Below are positions 23,326-35,300 of a stretch of 64,000 nucleotides of DNA, piece by piece. A model generated the notes under the pieces. That model had not been told where the DNA came from. It saw nothing but the letters and a program-made list of their open reading frames with translations, and did no database searches. Origin of the DNA: Aplysia californica (taxonomy: Eukaryota); the NCBI RefSeq assembly GCF_000002075.1, contig NW_004797353.1, forward strand, positions 279,677 to 343,676, read 5' to 3'. Within the stretch, counting starts at the first letter, position 1, and each line of letters starts with the position of its first letter. Both the position numbers and the translations under genes were made by a program.

Positions 23326-26300
23326 CACTGCCCACAGACTAAATTGCACGCTTTTAGGCTAACACAAACTCCTTGGGCTAACACTAACTACAGTAGTAAT
23401 AGATCTAGAACGTTTGTTCACAGCACAGAATTCTATAATTCTGTTATCACAGTGTAGAATTCTGTGGTTCAAGGTGAACGCTTCACTAGTTGGCCTAGGC
23501 TATAACGGTGAACGCCCACCGGGTGAGAATAGCCAAAAGACTCGCCTGCGCTATTCTCACCCGGGGTGAGAATAGAGGTGGCCTTGATATATGGGTCATT
23601 CCACCAGTATTGTTTACTTTTACTGCTCACTATTTTCCACCTCAATAACACCCACCAAAAGTCACCATCTGCAGACATTCAAGTATGATTGCAAAGAAAT
23701 GATGATGAAGAAGCTTTGAAAGGCTCAAAAATATGCTCAGAAAACATTTTGCATACTTTTGACACATTACTAATGAAAATAGTGAGTTTTTATTCAAACG
23801 TAAAAGTAACATGGAAGGGGTGCATCTATTTAAGCCTTAGCCACAGTCTCAAAGTAATGTTTGTATTCATAATAAAAGTATTTCTTCAGTAACAGTAAGT
23901 TAAACACCACGGCAGTTCTTTCAGAAAGTCCCCACCTTTCCTTATAAGGCCGTAGTAGGTCGCTAAATTACGGTGAGTATCGTTTCATGTGTTCGTCCAT
24001 TTCAGGTAGAAAATTCAAAGTCTGAAATCTCACAAATGATCAGGTGAAACCTGCCTTTTATATCAATTAAATTATGTGTTATTTGTGTTTGACTGCTCAG
24101 TACGGAGAAAACCTGGCAAGAACGACCGTAAATGAGTACTTTTACAGCATTTTGATACCATGGGTTGATGATCGTCCGCTTTTAACGATCCGCACCGCTA
24201 TCAGTACAGTTACTTCGTTTCGGCCGATTTGCCCCCGTGACTTTTTAATATCGCCCGGGAAGAGATCTCTTTCGGTTCCGCTACTGAAACTTTCATTCCG
24301 AAGATGGCAGCGTCTGTGACCGCACCCGACGTTCATTCGTCCACCAGTTCGGACCAAGTAACGATCCCCTCGATGTTCGAGAAAGGTAACGATACTCACC
24401 AAAAATGTGAACGTTTTGAACATTTTTCACACACATTGATTAAGTTGTGTTTTGTTTGGACTTGTTATCCCTACTTAATGTTTCAGTAGTTTTCTGATCC
24501 CAATGTTGATCGATCAACCCCCTCCTTTGTCGACCTGCCATTGTTTTTCCTTTGGAGTGGACAAACGTTCAATGTTTGTCCCAAGTAACGGTCCTTTATT
24601 GGAATTACAGAAAATGGAGAAAAACACCATAAGCAATGAATATATACTTCTGTTTCCATTACATTTGTGTATCGTTGTGGTAAAAACTGGACTTGGGAGG
24701 AAATAAGGCTCACAAGACTGTTTTTCTGGTTCCAAGTTCACAAGAAGTGGGGAATGCTACAAGATTTTGAACAACAGTTTGTCCATGTAACCTTCCTTTT
24801 AATTTGATAGATAATAGACATCATTGGTATTTTTTAAATTGTGTCATGGCATTTGCAGTCACTTCTTTCATTAGATTGAACTAACATGGTTCATCTATAG
24901 TACTCTTGTTTAGACAAATGTACTCTAGGGTTGTTTTGATAGCAGATTGTCTGCAGTGTGAAAGGATCGTTACGTGGACAGACTTGAAATATTTTGATCC
25001 GAAACATTCCTCACCAAACTGTGTAGTGCATTTCAGAAGAGATGGAAGAGGTTTTTTTTCAGCCTTTGTTGTTTTTATGTCAATAAATATGTTAGGGGCA
25101 AACTTTAATAGACTGAATTTCTTGTGGTTCCAGTGGCCTTTTCAAGAAGTCAAGAGTTTACAAGGATTGTTTCACTGGACACCTTTCTTTGTCTGTCCGT
25201 GTAGCGTTCCACATTTAAAAATCTGTTAATGCCAAAGTTGCACCATTTATTGGCTGGGAAATATACACCAGATGAGAGAGAAAAGTTATGTTAATTGAAT
25301 TTAATTGTCAAAATGAACAGTGGGGAGTTTAAACTTTTTGCTGTATAGAAATCATGTGTATAAAAGAGATAGCCTGAGGAATGTTACAGGGACGGTCTAT
25401 AATTGAGGAATATGAAACATTCCTCACCGAANNNNNNNNNNNNNNNNNNNNNNNNNNNNNNNNNNNNNNNNNNNNNNNNNNNNNNNNNNNNNNNNNNNNN
25501 NNNNNNNNNNNNNNNNNNNNNNNNNNNNNNNNNNNNNNNNNNNNNNNNNNNNNNNNNNNNNNNNNNNNNNNNNNNNNNNNNNNNNNNNNNNNNNNNNNNN
25601 NNNNNNNNNNNNNNNNNNNNNNNNNNNNNNNNNNNNNNNNNNNNNNNNNNNNNNNNNNNNNNNNNNNNNNNNNNNNNNNNNNNNNNNNNNNNNNNNNNNN
25701 NNNNNNNNNNNNNNNNNNNNNNNNNNNNNNNNNNNNNNNNNNNNNNNNNNNNNNNNNNNNNNNNNNNNNNNNNNNNNNNNNNNNNNNNNNNNNNNNNNNN
25801 NNNNNNNNNNNNNNNNNNNNNNNNNNNNNNNNNNNNNNNNNNNNNNNNNNNNNNNNNNNNNNNNNNNNNNNNNNNNNNNNNNNNNNNNNNNNNNNNNNNN
25901 NNNNNNNNNNNNNNNNNNNNNNNNNNNNNNNNNNNNNNNNNNNNNNNNNNNNNNNNNNNNNNNNNNNNNNNNNNNNNNNNNNNNNNNNNNNNNNNNNNNN
26001 NNNNNNNNNNNNNNNNNNNNNNNNNNNNNNNNNNNNNNNNNTGAAACATTCCTCACCGAAACTACCAAAATGAAATCTTGTGAAGGGATTTTGGTCTTTA
26101 TTGATTATTTAGATGGGCATTAACATAATCACCTATTTTTGTCACAATTTGCAAATTTTACTTGTACTTTTTTGTGGATCACCAAAAAGAGTGAGGATTG
26201 TTTCATCAGACGATAAATTTAATCCTGTCCATGTAACATTCCACTCATAATTTTGCCTAGGACTGTAATGAATAATACAAAGTGGATTTTGAAGCCTACA

Positions 26301-29300
26301 TTGTGATAAAACTTTTGAAAAGGATAAAAAACATTTTAGTCCCATTTAAATGGAGGAAATGTGGGTTTTAGAACGACAACCAGTTAGGCCTGTAATGGGG
26401 ACTGTTTCAAGGACATTCTCAAGGTTCATCCCCATGTAACATTCCTCTCGCAAGGTTTTGAAAACTAGCTAGGTTTTCACAATGACAGGTTTTTCTGCAA
26501 AGGTGTTTTGGAAAAGCTAGATCCTGAATAAATTTTTATCATCATTTACAGATAAATGCCATTTTAAAAATTGATTTTTCAATATCTGCTATGTGAACAG
26601 TGAGGATTGTTTCATCAGTCATTCTCTATCTGGGCATTGTTACATCCTTACCATGAGTGTTTCTTTTGCACTCCATTGATGTTTTTAGTGAAGTAATGAG
26701 TAAATTAGTTAGTTGAAAGTTCATGTATGATAGTGGGAAGAAAAAAAGGATAAGAAAAGGTTATCAGGACTGGCAAACTAAAAAATGGTACTGTGGCCTG
26801 TAATATGAAAAGGCTGAGACACATAATAAAGGTTACATGGAATAATATGGAAACTATTCAATGATTGGTCTACAAGATACATTAAAACTTTACAGCCCAG
26901 TGATCAATTCATAACTTAGCCTACTTTGAATTATGTTTTTTTTGTGAAGGGGAGAAGGTATTTCAGGCAAAAAGAATGGGGGGGTAGTGTGTCATCAGAC
27001 CTAAGAGTATGTAGATCCCATTTTTTTTCCCCAGTCACGTTGAAACTCTTAGGTCGTCTTAGAAGGTGAAGATTGTTTCAAATTGTCTCATTGTTAGGTC
27101 GACTGAGAGCAAGGCCAGTTCCACTCCAGCAGCCTATTGTGCCCCCTGCAAGACTCTCAAAGCCTCCACTCACTGATGCAGAGAAGTCAAAGAGGAGATA
27201 TGATAAAAGAAAAGAGCAGGATCCAGATGGTCACAAAGCCTATCTTGCCAAGAAAAAAGAAGAAAACAAGCAACGAAGGGAGAAGCTGAAAGAAACTGCC
27301 ACAGAGGAGGAGAAAAGGATTCAACGAGAGAAAACCAAGGCAAGAGTAACCAAATGTCGAGAAAAGAAAAGAGCGGAGAAAGAAAGACTTATTGCTGAGG
27401 GTGTGTGCCCTGACGCTGATGCTATCACTAAGAAAAGAAAACCGATAACGAGAAAGGAGCAGCAAAAGGCGGAGCTTCAAAGAAAAAGGGACAGTGAGAG
27501 GAAAAAAAGAGAGAGAGAGGGGTGGAGTTGGCAGAAAAAGAAAGCAGAAAGCCATAAGGCAAAGGAGAGAAGGCAGAAGAAGAAAGACAAGGAAAGGACA
27601 GATGAAGACCAGAATGATCAGAGAAAAGTTGTTGATCCAGACACGGGAGGAAACAGAACTGAGGTCGCAAGGAAGCAGGCCTTGTACAGGGTCCGGAAAG
27701 CTCTTCCGAGGGATCCTGCACAGCGACAACAAACCCTGAAGGATTTGACGCTCATGTTACGGAAATCAGTGCTTCAGGAAAGAGTACATAAACTTGTCAG
27801 CCGCTGTGACAAGCGGGTGATGAGAGGACTGGCCCAACGCCTCTCTACCATGGACCGTCAATCGAGGACAGCTGGACGCAAGTTATTACAAATGTCTTGC
27901 CAACGTCTGCGCAGTATCCAGAGAAGCCATTCCTTCTCAACGGTCTTTATGAGGAAATCCCTAGAAAGCAAGCAGGCAAAGACTGTCGTCGAATTTCTCA
28001 AGGAGCATGCGGCACCGTTCGCAGATAAGAAAAGAGCAACGAAGACTGGGGCGACAATGCTCCTGCAAGACGATATGGCCACCCTATTTACTCTCTTCAA
28101 GAAGCGCCATCCTGACATCACCGTGTCGAAGAGTCAATTTTACAAGCTGAGGCCAAAGAGCCTCAAACTGCCGCAGTCACTGCAATTGAACCAGTGCCTT
28201 TGTGAGCCATGCGCTAACATTGACCTTAAAATCACAGCACTAAAGGCAGCTTACCCAAACATGCCAGCAAGTAAGTCAGCGCTGTTGGATGCTGTATTGT
28301 GTGGTAAAAAAGGGGAGTACCACCCTTATGACTGCATAACAATGAAATGTGGCGAGTGCGGACCTGAGAAACTGAAAGCCCTGCTCACTTCCCCGGCAAG
28401 GACATCTGTTGAATGCCGTGAGTGGAGAAACAGAAAGTCCACAGAGAAAAGCGGAGTAGTCACTAGAAAAGTTCTGGAGATTGAGGAGTGGGGGGTTAAT
28501 GAGCTTCTGACCAAGCTCATGAATGAGCTGAGGGCCTTCCCTCTTCACCTTCTGACTGCCAGGTGGCAGTACTGCCAATTCAACAAAATGAAAAGGGAGC
28601 TGCAACCTGGACAGGTTATGATGGTGTATGATTTTGCCGAAAATTTTAGGACATCATATCAAGACGAAGTTCAGTCGGCCCACTGGAACTACCAACAAGT
28701 CACCCTGCATCCAGTGGTGTGTTACCATAGGTGTCAGGACTGTAACGACTATGTCACACACTCAGTCGTTGCAGTCTCTGATGATCTTAAGCATGACTAC
28801 TTTGCAGTAGACATCATCCTGCAAAGAGTCCTTTCATTTTTCCAGGAGAGAGGCTACACCTTCAATAAAAGCATCGAGTGGTCAGATGGGTGCATGGCCC
28901 AGTATAAAAGCAAAGCGCCATTTTACCTGCTACAAAGCAGGGGTAAAAACACCAATGTACATCGCCATTTTTTTGGCTCGCGTCACGGGAAAAACCCATC
29001 TGATGGTGAGTCTGCAGTGGTGAAGTCAGCAGTGACGAGAGCCATAAAGTGCAGGAGGGTTGTGATACAAGACGCCTGGCAGCTGTACCAGTTTGCTGTT
29101 GGGAACTTGGAGAGGGACTCTGCTGAAAGGTGCCAGCATTTCAAGAGGAGCTTCATCTTCGTAAAGTCCTCGGATATTGTAAGATTTAACCTGCCGGACC
29201 TCAAGCCATTACCCAACACCAGACTGGTCCACTCAATTGTGAGCCACGGTGGACAGGTGCTTCAGTACCGCAACCTGTCCTGTTCCTGCGAGGGGTGCTG

Positions 29301-32300
29301 CCATGAATCTCCATGTCTCAACAGAGATTATGTTGACAAATGGAAGAGTCACAGCTTCACAAAGAAAAAGAAGGTGAGCATAGCATTCTTACAGGCCTGG
29401 TATAATTACTTAATGTTACAGAAGAAGAGAAAGGTGACACCCATCTCTGTAAGAGCAGAATCTCATTATACTACCCAAATGGTTCATTTGGACCGAACTG
29501 TCACCATTTCTTTTGTCTTAAGTATTTTAACATTTTACAAGTTTCTCATATTCATATTTTGATACCATTGACAGCATAGTAAGTAAACTACTGGGTATTG
29601 GATTAATTTTTCCCTTTTAAGCATTAGGCTATTTCTTGTGCACATCTTTACTTTCATCTTAAAGTTTTCCAAACATTTCTTGAAATGCAAAGAATATATC
29701 TTAGCAATCAGAAATAATGCCAATTTACACCTGCACATTCATTGACACTGACATGACTTGCATCCGCTAAATTGTGTATGGATTTAAAAATCAATTTTGT
29801 TGTGTATTTCATTGCCAGAGACATTGGCTCCTCTTTATTAGTATCCTCTTTAATAGTGATAGTCTTTCTACATAAAAAAATATGTCGATCTCTTTGCACA
29901 TATAACGTATAAATGTATTGGTGGTGGAAGTAATTTTTCAGTGCTGATGCTTAATGTTTGTTTTTGATATTTCAGGAACCTGCTGAGACTCCACTGGAGA
30001 CCGTACAGGATGAAGCTGTGGCGACGCCACTTAAAGAAATGCAAAATCTTCTGACTGTTACTGACTGCAAAGTAAGTATAAATGCCTTTAGAGTGTTAGG
30101 CTATGTGACGTGCAGATCACAACAGTGTAAAATTGATTTTCAGTTGTAGAATAATGTCTCTAAGAATTTACAAGTACACTGAATGGGTGAACTGAGTTTG
30201 ATACTCCGCTGCAGCAAATTGTATGCCCTTGGAAGGGGTATTTTTTCAAAAGGTATAAAAGGGACGGGTCTGGTTAGCCTACTTGACTGCACAGAGTGAA
30301 ATTGCTTCCCAGGAGGTTGAGAAAATTTATAATGCTTTGTTTTGGTGTATAGAAGGTAAAGGGTAAAGAGCATGTAGAAGCACTTTGAAAGTTTGCTTTT
30401 GCACTGGGATTAGGCAGCATTGCTGTATTTTTTTCTTTATTTTGGATTTTCTGTTTCAGAAACCTGTTGAAACAGAGATGATAATGGATGAAAATGCTGC
30501 TTCTATGCAGACGGAACATGATGAGGTAAGGCATTGAGTCATGATTTATTTTTGTTTTAGTAAGGTTTTTACAGCACTAACATCTACATAAGGTCATATA
30601 TGAGGGCCAAGGGGTGGATGTCAACAAAGAATAAGTCCAAACAGGGAATCAGGCTTACTTTGCTCACCTCTCTAGCCTCAACGGCACACAGTCTGCTTCG
30701 ACTATCAAGGCACCCCAGAAATAACAGTTCCCAAGAGAGTGACAAACATACTAAGGAAGTAGAGGAAAAATGACGATAGTAAGGATGAGGAAAGAAAAAG
30801 CAGCAGTTGCCCCTATGTTGTTTTCAATTAGGCCTATAGTATGATATGAATGATGGAGAATAGAAAATTGAAGCCTATTCATTTGAACACTTTTCAGCTT
30901 TTCAGATGTTCAAACCAGCACCTCTATATTTTTGCATTTCTTGCTTCTTGAAATAAGTTTTGAACTATTTTTTTAGGAGCAGATAATTGTAACTTTCCGG
31001 TTTGCTGCAAAATCCATGTCTTAGACACAGACAAGTGCAGACAATGTGGAGGCATTGAAAACTTATGTTTCTCTTCTTTTTGTTTCAGAGCATCAGTGAT
31101 GCCAATATTTCTGGCTTATTGTCAACCTCTGGAATGGAATATCTGGAGAATTTGCTGGAGGTAAGATCTTGTACATTCTTTTAGACAGTGGACCATATTG
31201 ATTTTTATTTTGCAAGGATATGAAAGTTGTCGATCAATGGAACAAAGTCTGGCTTTTTATTGCCTGACAGAGAAGTTCATAGTCAAGCGACAGAGTGTGC
31301 CAAAATATTACACTGCTATCTTGTAATTCAAATGATTAATTAAAGGTGAAATTATAAGGATTCCACTGTTGTAATAATAATGGTATAGCTGCTATTTTGA
31401 AATTATTAGTACTCACTATATTTTGTTTCGAGATTTTAAATCAAATTAGTTGACCTATCATCATTAGTTTATTTTTATTTAGAGTAAAAGTACACTTGTC
31501 TAGTTTTGACTGCTTTTTGTCATTTGTGTCAGTAGGCTCATTGTTGTTACCTTGTTTTACATTTTACCTAGGGAGAAGAAGATCAAGCTGACAAGAAAGA
31601 GGAGACAGGTATCCAAGAGGGACAGTATGTTGAGGTCTTCCTGTACGCCACTGGTGGGACCCGTCGCCAATTTAAAGGCATTGTAAGTCTGGGATTTCTT
31701 ACAAAACATTTGTTGTATTTGCCATAGAAATTACCTGGGTAACTTCTATTTGATGCTTGCCTGAACAAAATTAAATTGTTGACATACAATTCTCATACCA
31801 AACTTTGACATCTGGACATTAGCCTTCATCAACAAACCTACGGCACCTAAGGCTCAGGCAGGATGGGGTGACATGAAAGTCTTTTTAGTTTTAGTAAGGT
31901 TTTTACGGCGCTCGCAACAGCGTAAGGTCATATGATCGCCAAGTGGTGGATGTCAACAGAGAAGGCCAAACGGGGAATCAGGTTCACTCTTCTCACCTCT
32001 CTAGCCTCAACAGCACATAGTCTGCTTATACTATCGAGGCACCCCAGAAATAGCAGTTCTCAAGAGAGTGATAAACATACACTAGAAGTAGAAGAAAATG
32101 ACAATGGTAAGGATTAGGAAACGAAAAGCAGCATTTTCTCCGTGTTGTTTTGGCACAGTATGAGCATGTCATTGATAAATCAGCCCATTTACAATTTTAC
32201 TGTGTATAAGAATGTGTTAATATCCCCCCTTTGTGAATGGCTTAAAGATACTTCAGTTAGTAGCACTGCTCTAAGGGGTTGATGAAAGTCTAAGCATTCA

Positions 32301-35300
32301 AAAGTTGGGATTATGTAGGTTTTTCTTCCCATTAAACTCACGACAGACATTCATTTATCCACTGCTTTCAAATTGACACATTTGACATGACCTGTTATAC
32401 CCTTTCTTTTTTTGTGCAAGTGGAGAAGACCTTTCCTGGGGAGGTGCAAGTAAGGTATATGAAGCCTGTAGGATCTGGCCTCTACATCTGGCCGGAGCCC
32501 GATGACACCTCAGTCATACCAATTTATGACATTTGCCGCACCCTTGAACCTCCTGCATTAGTTTCTCGTGGCCGCTACAAATTTGAATGAGCGCGCACAG
32601 AGTTAACATTTACTGTATTGTCACTCTCTTGTACGATGACATTTAATAGATCTTGAAGCTATTCGTCATCTGCTATTATTAAGACTGTGTCCCGTGTCGT
32701 CTGATATATTTTACATTGTTTACGTTGTGTCCCCCTATCGAGATACTGTACCTGGCATTTCTTCTGTGTGTCTTGTGATATTTTCACTATACAGGGCGTT
32801 TTAAATTTCATTTCATTCAGTTATGGCTAGCTTCACGTCTAAGAGCAGCTAAGAATGACTCAAGTACTCAATTTCAGACTTCGAAGCTGTAACAATTCAG
32901 CTCTCTATTTGCTGCACTTTATTTCTTTGACCGTAGTCAAATACCATTGGACACCCCCCGGGGCGGTGCCACTGACTAAGTGTCTTTAGGCCATTCCCAA
33001 AGGGCGGACATTTCTCGTTCTAGTGCACAGTAGAATTGTAAATGGGCTGATCTAACAATGTCATGCTCATAACTGTACCTGAACTACAACAGGGAACTGC
33101 TGCCTTTTCTTTCCTAATCCTTACTATCGCCATTTTCCTCAACTTCTTTTGTGTGTTTGTCACACTCTTATGGCCCGCTATTGCCGGGGTGCCTTGATAG
33201 TCGAAGCAGACTTTGTGCTGCTAAAGCTAGAGAGGTGAGCAGAGTAAGTCTGATTCCCTGTAAGGACTTCTCTGTTGACATTCACCCCTCATATGACCTT
33301 ATGCAGTTGCGAGTGCCGTAAAACCTCTACTAAAACTAAAACTAAAATAACATTGGACATCATTAGTCTGTATGTGAAAGAATATTGTCACATCTACTCT
33401 CCACTCAGTAAAATCTAAGATCTCGAAAGGCAGTGGAGACCAGTACCGGTATGTTTATTGTCGGACCTGATTGTAACAATCCTCACTTTCGATTTTCAAT
33501 AGCTCTTTTTCATCAGTTCTAGTTTATTCTTTAAAAAAATACTGTGTCTATTAAATGCATTTGCTTCACAAATTACTTTGTTGTAAAGAAATAATGCCTT
33601 TAAGTTTGCTACAAAGAAGTTCTAGTGGAATATTGTATGCCGTATTTTGTCCAGTAACATTCCTCACCATTTAGCCAAAATGTGTTGCCTTCCTCATGAT
33701 TTACAATTTTGAAATATGTTTGGGTCTTCTTATGATCTCTCAATGTTTATATTTTTATAAAGTGATGACACTATCTTTCATCTATGTGTACTTTGATGAA
33801 GAAACTAATAATGGTGACTGTCAATTTTTCTGACATTTTTCCTGTAACGTTCCTCACCATTTTATGCAATTTTCTTGAACAGTGTTGTCCTTAAGTCAAT
33901 ATCTTTCAAGTGGTTTTGTGTCTTCTGGTAAATAAAACATGAGCAGAAGAACAAATCAATTTGATTTTGTCTGAATATTTTGTTTTTGTTGTCAATGTTT
34001 GTGTTTGTAACAATCCTCACCAACTTGAAAAGCAAATTTTCAGGCGTAACTGTGTCAAACCTAATTATCAAAGAGGTCTACAATTTTCAGGAGTGGCCAA
34101 TGAGACATTTCTCTTTATGACCTGCTATAGAAAAGTATTAAAATTTGACTTAAAATTTTGAACTTGAATGTTACTTTTAGTAAACAGTACTGGTGGAATG
34201 ACCCATATATTCACCTGGGATTGACGATATATGTGACTCGTGGAAAGCATACCCACAGCCTGAAACTGTTAGGGTACAAACACCACATGATAAATCGTTC
34301 AGAAAGTGTTGCTGGCTGAAAAGATTCTACCTTCCACACACAAAATATCGAGCCATTGTGGTGGAATATCAAAGAGTGGGTGAAATGACCTGGCATCAAG
34401 TCCATGTATTTGTATTTGTATTGCAGTATTTAGCTTGTTACTTGTTTGTATTGTCAGTGGGAAAAGGGCTATTGCTTCATTCTTTTTTAAGTCGAGCTGC
34501 TCATATTAGGCCTTCTCATTCAGACTGACAACAAACAAACTTCACGAGTTTCAGTGAGAGAAATTCTTCAAAGGAAGAGGAATTGATTTTTTTTGCGTGC
34601 GGGTGTGAAAGTAAAAATTTACCCAGTTTGGCAGGCACACAGCACAATCGGTAGGTCTCAGAAATCTTAAGTATCCAAGTGCATCCTGCTTTCCCCTCTC
34701 CTGCATACATAGTATGACACACAATAAAATGTGTATAACCTACACAATCAACTTAAGCCTCTTGTGTAACATACAATTATCCATGGATATTGTTTTGATC
34801 CATATGTTTATTTCTGCTTTCTTGTTCATTTGTTTTAGGATTTTGTCAAAAGTGAGACCGCTGTAACAGCCAAACATGACTTCTCTGAACACGTGCTATA
34901 AAAGAACTTTTTAAAAATTATAAACCATAAGAGATCTGGCTTGGGGATTTATTATAGGCCTGGCGGAAATCCTGTTATTACCGGTTCCAAGATTGTTATA
35001 AATGGGCCTCACTGTAATTTTTTTTCTAACACAGCTGGGGGGGGTTTTCAGATCATTTTCAATTTTGTAAAGACATATTTTTTACTTATGATTTTTTTAA
35101 AAACATATATATATTATGTATGGTATTTTTAGAGGATTATTTCCTTGTTTTCTGAATTCAGGTTATGTATCAGGACAGCGGCGTGGGGATAAATGAATAA
35201 ATTCTTCTACTTAAAGAAACTCGTAACCATGATCTGTGACCTTTTTTCAATTGTTTGTTTTACCAGGTACAACACTTTAAACCAGCTTGTTTGTATCCTT

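Larger units (their letters stand above)
23593..34204 (+). mobile_element. Sola2 DNA transposon, about 10.6 kb, in ZNF830 intron 1
   Basis: TIRs GGGTCATTCCACCAGTATTGTTTACT and AGTAAACAGTACTGGTGGAATGACCC (1 mismatch in 26 bp). ATAT flanks both ends (23589-23592, 34205-34208). This fits the 5'-GRG termini and AWWT TSD of Sola2. The element encodes a transposase. Confidence 0.9.

Noticed and set aside
13851-26073. Long ORFs in the track that span N runs (about 13.9, 16.0, 19.3 and 25.4 kb; also 62.1 kb)
   Set aside because: Artefacts of assembly gaps and flanking GA microsatellites.
29374-29562. Hydrophobic C-terminus of the 829-aa ORF
   Set aside because: Intron read-through. A good donor (AAG|GTGAGC) follows 29373 and downstream exons continue the protein.
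32954-33030. Hammerhead or HDV-like ribozyme in the family B head
   Set aside because: CTGACTGA does not fit the CUGANGA core, and I could not build the HDV P1/P3 pairings by eye. A covariance search is needed.
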